42,834 nucleotides of DNA from a virus (IMGVR_UViG_3300037482_000218:1-42834), one strand, 5' to 3'; shown: positions 1 to 8,735, numbered from the stretch's first letter. The notes: a model not told the origin generated them from the sequence alone. A program made the numbers and translations.

Positions 1-127
1 CCTCGGAGGATATTCCCTTCGATGACGAGCCACCGGCTGCTGCGCCCCTGTGTAAGTGCGGGACGCCGATGGAATACTTCAGCGGCGCCAACGCCAATGG
101 CGATGAGTACGCTGGCTATCGCTGCCC
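1..127. repeat. Direct terminal repeat, copy 1 (identical to 42708-42834); circular assembly overlap
   Basis: First 127 nt match the last 127 nt; an ORF reads through the junction. Confidence 0.95.
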
Positions 128-196
128 CAACCAGAAGAAGACCCGCGATCAGGCGGAGCAAGCGGCGGAGAAGGTACGCCACCCGGTGCAATGGTT

Positions 197-589
197 ATGA
201 CCAACCTACCCCCGGAGGCCGAGCGCGTGGTGCGAGAGGTGCTGGCCCAGCTCGATAAGGATGCAGATGATTGGGCAGGCGCGCGCGATCCAATACTGAG
301 CAAGCGAGCCCGCAAGCAGGCCGACGCCCTCCGCGCAATCGTGTCGCCTGAACCGTCCGCCCGAGGCGGACTACGGGAGAAGCTGGCGGCGCTTGCCAAT
401 CGAATACAGGACGACCTTTTTGTCACACCAGGTGAACACAACGTGGGGGTAGAAATTCGGCGCATCCTCGCCGAGACGCCGGAGGCGGACTATGGGCCGC
501 TGGTGGAGTGGGCGATTGCGCACAGGCAATGGCTACGATTCAACGCACCATCAGCGGACGACGCCCTGAAAGCGGCAGGCATCGAATGA
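197..589 (+). CDS. Hypothetical protein; mosaic paralogue of 41636-42043
   Basis: ATGA coupling at both ends; shares LPPEAE, RILAETPE, WLRxNA and ALKAAG blocks. Confidence 0.75.
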   Translation: MTNLPPEAERVVREVLAQLDKDADDWAGARDPILSKRARKQADALRAIVSPEPSARGGLREKLAALANRIQDDLFVTPGEHNVGVEIRRILAETPEADYGPLVEWAIAHRQWLRFNAPSADDALKAAGIE

Positions 590-1893
590 CCGTCGCCACC
601 TGCGAGAACGCCGAGTGTTACGTCCCGCCTGAACGCCATGACTCCTGTGCAGCGGGGGGCATCACGCCCTGCTACGGGATGCTCGGTCACCAGCACGTCC
701 CCAAACGCTCACAGGGCGGCAAGAGAGCCGTTGTAATGCTCTGTCAGGCCCACCACGACTGCATCGACAACGGCACAAAGTACGAAGGCAAGCGGTTAAT
801 GAACGACGTCAAGGACGGGGTGTACCGCATCTGGGAACGCGGGGAGGGTGTGGCGTTGGTGCGTATGCCGTTGCGTGAAATTCCGGCACCGAGCGAGGAG
901 TATTTGGAGTGGGCCACTGAGCGGTTTGACATGACCGGACCTCCCCCGCCCGCTGGCCTCTCAGTGGGAACCAGCGGCTCCTCGCCCGTTGCCGGAAAGT
1001 GCCGGTGCGAACGGGACAGCACGGGCTTGCGGGTCGATGTCGTGTGCCCCGTCCATGATGGCGTCTTCGAGATTCCAGTGCCGAGCGAGGGGGGCGATGA
1101 TCGGACGGATAGCGCGCTATCTGCGTCGCGTCCCTCGCCCGTTGCTGGAGTGATCGGCTCGCCGGTAGCGGAGAGCGAGGGCGGGGATGGCCTGGACTCC
1201 CCCCCGCCCTCGCTCGATGACGGAGTGAAAGGGGAAAGAGATGGGGCACAAGCATCAATGGGCGTACATACCGGGCGTGGAGATCAACCCTCCGTCCAGC
1301 AAGGCGGTTCTGTGGGCCTGTCCCTGCGGGGAATTCCAGATAACGATGCTTCCGCCCGATGGGGAGGGGGGAGTCCCGGTAGTCCGACCGACCTAGCCTC
1401 ATGGAAAACCCAGGGCCTCAAGCTCAGGGACGTCGTCAATTCCACACCGTGGTGGTTTGGCGACTGGCTGGTTTACGGAACGGAGCACTTTGGGGCCGAT
1501 GTGACGTGGGGATATGCAGAGGAGCTAGGCCCGCCCAACATGGGGCCGAAAGAGAAAGGCAACCTCTACCTGCGCCTCGGCCAGTATCAGTCCGTAGCAA
1601 CTGTTATCCCGCCCGGCCACGAGGCGCGGACGCGCCTGTCCTGGTCGGCCTGCCGGGACATCGCACTCAACAGGCAGCTTTCGGACGGAGACAAGGCTCA
1701 GGTGGCTCTCCGTGCCGCTCGTGAAGGGTGGAGCCGGGAGCAAGTGTTGGAGAGCCTGCCCGCGCGTACAGCGGTATCTAAGCCGCCACGCTACACGGCC
1801 GCGGACCTGCGAGAGCGCGCCCAGGCGTTCTCGTGCCCGGAGAACAGGAACCACGGCAAGCGATACCTGAGCGCGTTCTTGGAGTCGCTGTGA
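586..1893 (+). CDS. Fusion: N-terminal HNH-like/zinc module, low-complexity linker, C-terminal LmbU-like DNA-binding domain
   Basis: HQHVPKRSQGG...LCQAHHDCID; PWWFGDWLVYG...LSWS...A..EGWS resembles LmbU-type domain; ATGA coupling at 586. Confidence 0.6.
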   Translation: MTVATCENAECYVPPERHDSCAAGGITPCYGMLGHQHVPKRSQGGKRAVVMLCQAHHDCIDNGTKYEGKRLMNDVKDGVYRIWERGEGVALVRMPLREIPAPSEEYLEWATERFDMTGPPPPAGLSVGTSGSSPVAGKCRCERDSTGLRVDVVCPVHDGVFEIPVPSEGGDDRTDSALSASRPSPVAGVIGSPVAESEGGDGLDSPPPSLDDGVKGERDGAQASMGVHTGRGDQPSVQQGGSVGLSLRGIPDNDASARWGGGSPGSPTDLASWKTQGLKLRDVVNSTPWWFGDWLVYGTEHFGADVTWGYAEELGPPNMGPKEKGNLYLRLGQYQSVATVIPPGHEARTRLSWSACRDIALNRQLSDGDKAQVALRAAREGWSREQVLESLPARTAVSKPPRYTAADLRERAQAFSCPENRNHGKRYLSAFLESL

Positions 1894-2054
1894 AATGCCG
1901 TCTTGGTCTGGAGCACACATGGAGCGCGGTCTACGAACGGGACAGATGGCAGTCCCAGCGCTGTGAAGTATGCAAGGAGATACGTTGCCGTCCAAAAGAA
2001 GGGGGCTACCGGTGGGTGAAGTGCTCACGGATCCACAACCCGGCCTGGAACTGA
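1890..2054 (+). CDS. Small Cys/His protein (DUF1660-like)
   Basis: MKCRLGLEHTW...RCEVC; GTGA overlap. Confidence 0.5.
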   Translation: MKCRLGLEHTWSAVYERDRWQSQRCEVCKEIRCRPKEGGYRWVKCSRIHNPAWN

Positions 2055-2584
2055 GGCGAGACGGTCTCCCTGAGAACAAGCATTGGGTAGACCAGGGCTG
2101 CGACTTCCACCCCTCGTGCCTAACTTGCCCACTCGTGGTCTGCCGCTACGACCTGGCGGGCGGACTGGAGGCGGTGCGGGAGCTTGAGCGGCGGCTCCTG
2201 GTGCGCAAGCTGCGGGCACGGGGCGCCACAGCCCAGGTCATCGCCGGACAGGTGGGTTGCTCGACGCGCACGGTGTGGCGGCTACTCGCCGGTTTCGAGC
2301 GGGCCACGGTTATCCCGCCGCCCGTCCTGGAGAGGGCGGCGGCGGCGATGGCCAGGGTCGCGCAGATCGAGGTTGACCGGCTCCTGTCCGAGGTGGCGAA
2401 GGACCACGGCGTGACGGTGGCGGCGGTCAAGAGCCCATTGCGCCGCACGAACCTAGTGGCGGCGCGGGACGACGCGGTGCGGCGGATGCGTTACGGGCTG
2501 GGCATGAAGCTGATGTCGATCGCGCGGGCCTTGAACCGCGACCACAGCACGATCATCCACAGCTTGCGGAAGGGTGAGGGATGA
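1970..2584 (+). CDS. Cys-motif + HTH + DnaA domain IV-like DNA-binding protein (true start may be 2021)
   Basis: DQGCDFHPSCLTCPLVVCRYD; IAGQVGCSTRTVWRLL HTH; SIARALNRDHSTIIHSLRK matches DnaA C-terminal signature. Confidence 0.75.
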   Translation: MQGDTLPSKRRGLPVGEVLTDPQPGLELRRDGLPENKHWVDQGCDFHPSCLTCPLVVCRYDLAGGLEAVRELERRLLVRKLRARGATAQVIAGQVGCSTRTVWRLLAGFERATVIPPPVLERAAAAMARVAQIEVDRLLSEVAKDHGVTVAAVKSPLRRTNLVAARDDAVRRMRYGLGMKLMSIARALNRDHSTIIHSLRKGEG

Positions 2585-2991
2585 GCATGGAATTTCGGGA
2601 CGACATGACAGTGGATGAGGCTGTTGAGAATTATCTCCAGACCTTGGCGACCGTCCGCGGGTTCGAATACAACCTTCTCTATGATGTAGCCAAGAGCGAG
2701 ATCGGCAATGCCGTCCTGCGTGAGAGGCAACTGCCATTGGCGCCGACGGACGAACATCGCGCTAAGTGGCCGCCACAGGAGACGATTCCAAAGAAGTCTT
2801 GGGAACGCCAGATTCCACGAGGGCTTAGGTTGATGATCTTGGAACGCGACCGTCGCCAGTGCCAAGACTGTCTATCAGAGGAAGACCTCACAATCGACCA
2901 CATCCGGGCACGGAGCAGGGGTGGAACGGACGATCCCAGCAATCTACAAGTACTCTGTCGTCCATGTAATGCAAGGAAGGGGGTATCGTGA
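2581..2991 (+). CDS. HNH endonuclease
   Basis: ILERDRRQCQDC...TIDHIRARSRGGTDDPSNLQVLCRPCNARKG. Confidence 0.92.
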   Translation: MSMEFRDDMTVDEAVENYLQTLATVRGFEYNLLYDVAKSEIGNAVLRERQLPLAPTDEHRAKWPPQETIPKKSWERQIPRGLRLMILERDRRQCQDCLSEEDLTIDHIRARSRGGTDDPSNLQVLCRPCNARKGVS

Positions 2992-3443
2992 GCGGTCTCC
3001 TTGCCGGGAAGGTCTGGCAATCAGCGCTAGAACCGCACCTCAAGCCGCTCGCAGCCGCCCTCGCGGACATTGGCAATGACGACGGCACGTCTATCTATCC
3101 CTCCGTCGCGTACTTGGCGTGGCTTATGGGCCGCTCCGAGCGCTCAATCCAAGATGGTCTCGCCGCTTTGCGCAGTGGAGGGGTCCTAGTGGTAATCATG
3201 CAGGGCGGGGGCCGGTACCGTACCACGGAGTACCAGCTCATCGAGGCCAAATTGCCTGTCAGGGAGCCGTGGAGAAAGGGTGCAACCGCTGCGGGGTTTC
3301 AGCGAGAAAGGGTGCAACGAACGACACAAAAGGGTGAAGCAGGCTGCACCCGAACCGTTAGTGAACCGTCAAGGGATATTTATTTAGTTAGAGACGATCC
3401 AATTCGTTTCTTCGAGGAACGGTATAAGAGATGTCATCTGTAA
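2988..3443 (+). CDS. Phage replication initiator, N-terminal winged HTH
   Basis: LADIGNDDG.SIYPSVAYLAWLMGRSERSIQDGLAALRSGGVL; internal iteron-like repeats. Confidence 0.7.
   Translation: MSGLLAGKVWQSALEPHLKPLAAALADIGNDDGTSIYPSVAYLAWLMGRSERSIQDGLAALRSGGVLVVIMQGGGRYRTTEYQLIEAKLPVREPWRKGATAAGFQRERVQRTTQKGEAGCTRTVSEPSRDIYLVRDDPIRFFEERYKRCHL
3272..3392. promoter_or_regulatory. Probable replication origin (iterons plus AT-rich stretch)
   Basis: GAGAAAGGGTGCAAC at 3272 and 3304, AAAAGGGTGAAGC at 3328, inverted TGCACCC at 3345, GAACCGT twice, then GATATTTATTTAGTTA. Confidence 0.6.
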
Positions 3444-3539
3444 ACGGTAATGCGTGCAACCAGCGTCCATGGGAAACCTACTGTCCGACCTGTGATGATA
3501 CAGGCGGAGTACCCTGTCCAGCCTGCAAGGGAGAAGCCG

Positions 3540-3869
3540 ATGACTGACCTGATAGCGCTGCCAGTACGGGCGACGGGTGCACGCGTATACGACGCAGATG
3601 ATGCCCAGATAGCGGAGGCTTGTTGGTATCGGTACGAAACCAACGAAACACATATGGGCTGCGTCGCCCGCGCCCAGGCCATCTGTGACGCGCTGAACGA
3701 ACGGGAGAGGCTGCGGGACCTCGTTGATGAGTGGCACGAGGCTGACGAGGAGACGGCGCACGAGGGCGACAACCGCGAGGGCGACTGCGGCGCTTGCTGG
3801 CACGCCAACCGCTTCTTGGACTTCGTAGAGGCCGCCCTCCCAGCACGGGAAGAGGGGGATCGTGGATAA
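3540..3869 (+). CDS. Hypothetical protein
   Basis: ORF with GGAGAAG RBS; CGACWH motif. Confidence 0.55.
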   Translation: MTDLIALPVRATGARVYDADDAQIAEACWYRYETNETHMGCVARAQAICDALNERERLRDLVDEWHEADEETAHEGDNREGDCGACWHANRFLDFVEAALPAREEGDRG

Positions 3870-4014
3870 CTTCATCGCCGCCAGCCAGAAGCGCTGCGGG
3901 AACTGTGGTCGCTTTTGCACCCACTTCTTCGAGGTCGAAATTATCTGCACTAAGGGTGCTTCGTGGAACGTGTTGATGTGCCAGCGCTGCAAGGAAGAGG
4001 TGACGCATGAATGA
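3862..4014 (+). CDS. Small zinc-finger protein (50 aa)
   Basis: MDNFIAASQKRCGNCG...MCQRCKEE; GAGGGGG RBS; overlaps both neighbours; not in ORF track. Confidence 0.55.
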   Translation: MDNFIAASQKRCGNCGRFCTHFFEVEIICTKGASWNVLMCQRCKEEVTHE

Positions 4015-4348
4015 CGAGCTAAGCATGTCAGAGGTGCGCCGATTTGAGGTGCAAGACCCGGAGAGGCTAAGCCCAATAATCGCCGACCTCCGGCGCAAGC
4101 TACGGGACGCTGAGGAGCGATGGGAGGCCGAGAAGAAGCTGTCGGCCATCCTGCTGGCCCGCTGCGACGAGCTAGAGGAGCGGCAGAGGCGGGTGGAGGC
4201 GCTGGTGGACGACTGGCGGGAGCGCCTCAAGGATGAGTACGAAGGCAAACTGCATGGTTATGTTGCCGCCGCTGATGCATGGAATGACGCGATTGTTGAC
4301 CTTCAACGCGCCCTCGCAGATACAGCGGTACAGGAGGAGCAGGCATGA
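4007..4348 (+). CDS. Coiled-coil hypothetical protein
   Basis: GAGGTG RBS; heptad-like charged sequence. Confidence 0.65.
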   Translation: MNDELSMSEVRRFEVQDPERLSPIIADLRRKLRDAEERWEAEKKLSAILLARCDELEERQRRVEALVDDWRERLKDEYEGKLHGYVAAADAWNDAIVDLQRALADTAVQEEQA

Positions 4349-4518
4349 GCTTGCGATATTACCTACCTGATTTCATGCGCTCGTGGCCACTCGTTCGCCG
4401 TTGGTACTACCAGAGCCAGGAGCTTCTAGCGGCACAAGAGCGCGCGCAGAAACTAGCTGAGCGCTTGGGCACCCCCACGCCTACGCCCTCCGGGGCAGAA
4501 CAGGAGCCGGATGCGTGA
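4345..4518 (+). CDS. Hypothetical protein (57 aa)
   Basis: AGGAGG RBS, ATGA and GTGA coupling; MSLRYYLPDF... Confidence 0.55.
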   Translation: MSLRYYLPDFMRSWPLVRRWYYQSQELLAAQERAQKLAERLGTPTPTPSGAEQEPDA

Positions 4519-4769
4519 GCCGCTGGCACGTATCCAATGGGCGGTATTCGATCACGGACGGCGTAGTAACGCTTATCGTACCGTACCGAGGCGAGGACAG
4601 CGTTACGAAGGTCCTCGATCATTTGAACGCTCTCTATGTTGGCCAGCGCTCGACGGGGCGGCGAATCTGCGTGGCGTGCAATCAACCTATTGGCAACCAT
4701 CACAAATGGGTCTTCCGAGCGGACAGCCGCATTGAACACCGGCATTGCGAGAGGCCCGAGGATTATTAG
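4515..4769 (+). CDS. Hypothetical zinc-binding protein
   Basis: CVACNQPI...EHRHC; GTGA coupling. Confidence 0.55.
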   Translation: MSRWHVSNGRYSITDGVVTLIVPYRGEDSVTKVLDHLNALYVGQRSTGRRICVACNQPIGNHHKWVFRADSRIEHRHCERPEDY

Positions 4770-4783
4770 AAAGGGATGGATGC

Positions 4784-4966
4784 GTGACCGACAAACCGAA
4801 TCCGGGTTCCGCCGAGGCGTGCGAGCAGAGGTGTACATGCCAGTGGCAGGCCTATCGTTCGTGGGGCAAAGACGGCAAAAGCCCGTCTGGTTACTGGATA
4901 CCCGATGATTGTCCGCTGCACGCTCCTCGTGCTGGCGGTGATGGTGATCGGAGGGATGACGAATGA
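4784..4966 (+). CDS. Small Cys-rich phage protein
   Basis: PNPGSAEA...CTC...YWIPDDCPLH pattern recalled from phage hypothetical proteins. Confidence 0.5.
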   Translation: MTDKPNPGSAEACEQRCTCQWQAYRSWGKDGKSPSGYWIPDDCPLHAPRAGGDGDRRDDE

Positions 4967-5546
4967 GGGAAGAGGACAGGTGTCCGGACTGCAACCACGC
5001 GATGCAAGTACACGCGACGAGGGAGCAGCTAGACCCGCGCTTGCGGGACCGTCAATCTGGCTGCCAGGTAGCATGGTGCGACTGCCTGAGAGTGCCCTAG
5101 ATGCTCACCGTATATCTGGGAACGTGGACGCTGCTGCTGGCGTTTCTCTTGGCGCTGGCCCTGGTGGCCTTACTCTCGCTTGGGCTGTTCCGGTCTTGCC
5201 CGTGTCCAGTATGCCGCCAGGAGCGTCTGTGGCGGGCGAGACGGCGGATTTGGCGGCGTTGAGCGAGGTAGAGGCGCTGATCTGCTCCGTGGGCTTCCCC
5301 GACTGCGCGAAGGCGCTCAGAGTCGCACGCTGTGAGTCTGGGCCGGACTACAGCGCGTCCTTCGATGGCCTGCATGTCGGCCCGTTCCAGGTGGCAGAGC
5401 TGCACGCGCCCAAGTTCACGGCGCACGGCTGGGACTACTACATCGATGGCAACGACCCATACCGGAACTCGGTGATCGCGCTGGAGATACTGACGGCGGC
5501 GGGCGGCTATTGGCCGACGCACTGGCCGTACTGTGGGTTCAGATGA
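4905..5546 (+). CDS. Secreted or membrane-anchored lysozyme-like (SLT) transglycosylase
   Basis: Hydrophobic N-terminus; ALRVARCESG (catalytic Glu), GPFQV, DPYRN..IA, W..W..C. Confidence 0.7.
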   Translation: MIVRCTLLVLAVMVIGGMTNEGRGQVSGLQPRDASTRDEGAARPALAGPSIWLPGSMVRLPESALDAHRISGNVDAAAGVSLGAGPGGLTLAWAVPVLPVSSMPPGASVAGETADLAALSEVEALICSVGFPDCAKALRVARCESGPDYSASFDGLHVGPFQVAELHAPKFTAHGWDYYIDGNDPYRNSVIALEILTAAGGYWPTHWPYCGFR

Positions 5547-5788
5547 TGGAGCTCTGGTGCGAACCGCACGGGGACTGGCATCAGCGCTGTACATGTCCAC
5601 GTCGGTTCGGGCACCGTTGCCGTTGCGGATTTGACTTCTCGGTGCTCCCGGCAATCTACGGGGCTCGGGATATCCAATTCATGGAAGCCTCGCATCGGGA
5701 GTTCTGTGCACTCGCTTGGCTGGGATATCAAGACGTCTACCAACCAGTCCCAGCGGGGGCCGTCTACTTCCGGGAGGCCGCACCGTGA
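5543..5788 (+). CDS. Cys/His-rich hypothetical protein
   Basis: ATGA coupling. Confidence 0.5.
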   Translation: MMELWCEPHGDWHQRCTCPRRFGHRCRCGFDFSVLPAIYGARDIQFMEASHREFCALAWLGYQDVYQPVPAGAVYFREAAP

Positions 5789-5967
5789 GCACCCAGAGCG
5801 CGGTCTACCGCCCGGACAAGTACGGTAAGGCGATGGGCACGTCGATTCCCGCTGGCGCTCTGATTGACGTAGTACGCCGGTTCCCCCGTCGCCGGGTACT
5901 CGTGTTGCACGACGGGCGGCTCGTGATGACGTTCCTCTGGTGCCTGGTAAGCGAGGTGCGGGCGTGA
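5785..5967 (+). CDS. Hypothetical protein
   Basis: GGAGG RBS, GTGA coupling at both ends. Confidence 0.5.
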   Translation: MSTQSAVYRPDKYGKAMGTSIPAGALIDVVRRFPRRRVLVLHDGRLVMTFLWCLVSEVRA

Positions 5968-6467
5968 CGAAGAGGTTGGCCAATGCGTCATTCGTGACAA
6001 GCATCATCGGCATCGATCCAGGACTGGACGGAGGCGTTGCCCTGATCGCCCAAGACGGCGTATCGGTCTTCGACACGCCCACTATCCAGGTCAAGAAGTC
6101 CAAGCGTGAGTACGCGATCCCGGAGATGGTCAGGCTCCTGCGCGACTCGGGCCCGGCGCGCGTCATCATCGAGGCCGTCCACTCCATGCCCAAGCAGGGC
6201 GTGACGTCCAGTTTCAACTTTGGCAAGGGCTACGGGTTGTGGTTAGGCATCACGGCGGCGCTGGGTTACCCCTATGACCTCGTGACCCCGCAGCGGTGGA
6301 AGTCCGTGATGCTGGACGGCATGGCCAAGGACAAGGGTGCGTCGCGGGTCCGTGCGATGCAGTTGTTCCCGCTGGTGAGCGATCATTTAGCGCGGGTCAA
6401 GGACGAAGGCCGCGCCGAGGCGTTGCTAATCGCCGAGTATGGACGGCGATTGGCGGTGTTGCAATGA
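5964..6467 (+). CDS. RuvC-like Holliday junction resolvase
   Basis: IIGIDPG, VIIEAV, SSFNFGKGYG, VTPQRWK, RAEALLIA. Confidence 0.88.
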   Translation: MTKRLANASFVTSIIGIDPGLDGGVALIAQDGVSVFDTPTIQVKKSKREYAIPEMVRLLRDSGPARVIIEAVHSMPKQGVTSSFNFGKGYGLWLGITAALGYPYDLVTPQRWKSVMLDGMAKDKGASRVRAMQLFPLVSDHLARVKDEGRAEALLIAEYGRRLAVLQ

Positions 6468-6859
6468 GCAAGCAGTGCTCTTGCATCTGTCGTTGCCCAT
6501 TCGACCGCGAAGATGGCTGCAATGACCTTTGCGCTGAGTGCTGGCAGGCGTGGAGTGCGCCGCTAGAAGCCGACTCCGAGCACGCGCCTATCGCTGACCG
6601 CTCCTTCCTTGCGGCTTACGGTATCGCCAACGTTTGGGCCTGGTGGATTGCCAACCAGGGCGCGGGCCACCTCCTCGCCCGCCCGTTCGGAGACCTGCAT
6701 CACGTCGGCGACGTCCCAGTTTGCCCCGAGAGCGTGGTTGAGCCACACAAGATGATCCGGCGTCTCGGCGGCTGGAAATGCTACCGGCACGAGCAAGCGG
6801 TCGTGCTGATGGATGAGTACGCGATTCCGCCGACGCCTACCGCGAGGCCTATTCGGTGA
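6464..6859 (+). CDS. Cys-rich hypothetical protein
   Basis: ATGA coupling; CSCICRC, LCAEC. Confidence 0.55.
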   Translation: MSKQCSCICRCPFDREDGCNDLCAECWQAWSAPLEADSEHAPIADRSFLAAYGIANVWAWWIANQGAGHLLARPFGDLHHVGDVPVCPESVVEPHKMIRRLGGWKCYRHEQAVVLMDEYAIPPTPTARPIR

Positions 6860-7254
6860 CGTACACGCCGGAGAACGTCTGGGCCGTGATTCGGGATTGG
6901 CAGCGGGTATTCTGTATCGGCGCGCGGTTCTCTGCCCGCGAGGAGAAGCTGTCCACCAAGCCGCCCCCGGCGCATGAGGCGGCGTTTGCGGGCACCTCAA
7001 CGGTCATAGCGGACATGGCGGCCGCGATTCAGTCCTTGCCGCCTGATTTGCTAACGGTGGTGCTCCTGGAGTCTCTGAGGACGTCCAGCTGGCGCACGTC
7101 GAACATGGACATGCACCGGCTCAGGATCGCCGACTACATGGACGTGACGCCGGGTGAGGTGACAAAGATGCTCCACCAGGCGGTGAGGCACATGGTGGAG
7201 CGGTTGAACGGGGTGGACGCGGTGACAGAGTTGCCGGCGGGCGTTACGGTTTAG
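6856..7254 (+). CDS. Sigma-70 region-4-like HTH protein, probable late-transcription activator
   Basis: AIQSLPP...IADYMDVTPGEVTKMLHQAVRHMVERLNG; last gene of early operon. Confidence 0.6.
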   Translation: MTYTPENVWAVIRDWQRVFCIGARFSAREEKLSTKPPPAHEAAFAGTSTVIADMAAAIQSLPPDLLTVVLLESLRTSSWRTSNMDMHRLRIADYMDVTPGEVTKMLHQAVRHMVERLNGVDAVTELPAGVTV

Positions 7255-7417
7255 TCCTGTACAGCGGTATTTGACGCGTGGCATGGGCAGTTGCAGCGCC
7301 GCGTGATGCCGTGACACTTAGCGACCCAATCCCAGCCGACGAATTCACGTACGCATTCATCGTGGCGTTCCCATTCGGGCTTGCAGGGCGTGAAGATTTC
7401 ATACCCCGTCTCATTGT

Positions 7418-7567
7418 TCATGCTTCCTTCTCCTTCCGTATGCGGGTCCGTGGCACTCCCCAGTAGATGCTCTTACAACGCGGCCCAGGGCAGCGCTTCG
7501 GGTTAGGTGTGCGGGGAGTCCAGGTGTAGTTGCAGCGTAAGCAGGTGAACGTGGGGAGCTTAACCAC
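7418..7567 (-). CDS. Small zinc-ribbon protein
   Basis: CLRCNYTWTPRTPNPKRCP..RCKSIYW plus basic tail. Confidence 0.7.
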   Translation of the reverse strand: MVKLPTFTCLRCNYTWTPRTPNPKRCPGPRCKSIYWGVPRTRIRKEKEA

Positions 7568-7856
7568 GGGCGTCCCCCTTAGCGGCGGCGATGGCGTCAT
7601 TGATGGCCGCGACGAGTTCGGGCGGGGCTTCGTCTACGTCACCCTCAACATCAGCGCTCCCGTATCTTGCTTCGTACAACCCGGCGTTGTCCTCGAACCA
7701 GCACCGCGCACGCTCCAGGGCCTCTAGCAGCTCCTCAGCGTGGGCGTGCAGGGGGCAGAGGGCGACCGTGTATGAGCGCTGGCCCCCTTTGGCGGGGTAG
7801 TCAGGCTCATTTGTAATCCGGCAGTCTGTGCAGGTTTGCGATGTCTCGGTGGTCAT
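7560..7856 (-). CDS. Hypothetical protein
   Basis: GGAGGAG RBS; CPLHAHAEELLEALE...AIAAAKG. Confidence 0.65.
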   Translation of the reverse strand: MTTETSQTCTDCRITNEPDYPAKGGQRSYTVALCPLHAHAEELLEALERARCWFEDNAGLYEARYGSADVEGDVDEAPPELVAAINDAIAAAKGDARG

Positions 7857-8053
7857 GCGTTGTTCTCCTCCTTGGCCTCCCGCCAGATTTGGTTTAGCAG
7901 GTGTTCGATGCATTGGGCCTCGATTTTGTACCAGCCCCGAGTTGCGTCTTCTGTTGTGATGTTGAGCGGGCCGTACTTGCTCCACTTGACGTTGTAGGGG
8001 CCATTGCGGGCGATGCGCTTGATGATGTCGTGGTCTACGATGAATTCCCTCAC
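7853..8053 (-). CDS. Hypothetical protein
   Basis: GTGA and ATGA coupling. Confidence 0.55.
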   Translation of the reverse strand: MREFIVDHDIIKRIARNGPYNVKWSKYGPLNITTEDATRGWYKIEAQCIEHLLNQIWREAKEENNA

Positions 8054-8658
8054 GCCTTCACCTGCCCAGTCCAGCGGCACTTGGCGCAGGTTTGGCCGTC
8101 GCACGCAGGGCAGGTTACATGTGTGGGCAGGCCCTGCAACTGGCGCACCCGGTCCCGTTGCTTGGAGATGTTGCCGTTCAGGTTCGACAGGGCGTACGCC
8201 GGGAACGCTCCGCCCTTCATCTGCCAGGCGCAGACGCGGGTTAGTGTCTGCCATTCCTTGCGCTGGGCGTCATCGAGCAGCGAGGAATCGGGTGCTCCCT
8301 TGCGGCATGAGGCGTTGAAGGCCTTGATGCGGTTGCGCTGACCCTCCAGGTCGGCGATCCGCTCCTGTAGCTGCTCGATGGCGTCGGGGTCGTCGGAGTA
8401 GATAGCGCGGTCTGCTGCGTCCTCGATCCCGGCGGCGCGGCCACGCATCTTGTCTGCGAGCTTCAGGCTTTCGTGAGTGCGCTCCATCTTGGCGTACAGC
8501 CGCGTACGCTGGGGGATGTTGCCGGGCTGAGTCCAGAACGCGGTATCGCCGGCATAATGCTCACGCTCTTTGTAGACCGTCTCCGCCTTCTCTTCGCGTT
8601 TCTCCGCCCAACCGCGCAGGCGTTCGGCCTTCGCTAGGCGGCGCTCTCTGTACGTCAT
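8050..8658 (-). CDS. DUF3560-domain protein
   Basis: ERRLAKAERLRGWAEK...AIYSDDPDAIEQLQERIADLE...LSNLNGNI; AAGGAGG RBS. Confidence 0.75.
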   Translation of the reverse strand: MTYRERRLAKAERLRGWAEKREEKAETVYKEREHYAGDTAFWTQPGNIPQRTRLYAKMERTHESLKLADKMRGRAAGIEDAADRAIYSDDPDAIEQLQERIADLEGQRNRIKAFNASCRKGAPDSSLLDDAQRKEWQTLTRVCAWQMKGGAFPAYALSNLNGNISKQRDRVRQLQGLPTHVTCPACDGQTCAKCRWTGQVKA

Positions 8659-8735
8659 CGCGTTCCTCCTTTGCGTTTCGTCCTGCTTGGATCGCAGGCG
8701 CGGTCCGCCGCGGCGGATTCTACCGCGTCCGGGAT

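Noticed and set aside
1-127. Biological terminal repeat
   Set aside because: 127 nt equals a common assembler k-mer and the break falls mid-gene; best read as circular overlap
206-573. Diversity-generating retroelement TR/VR pair with 41648-42030
   Set aside because: No reverse transcriptase; differences are whole segments, not adenine-specific
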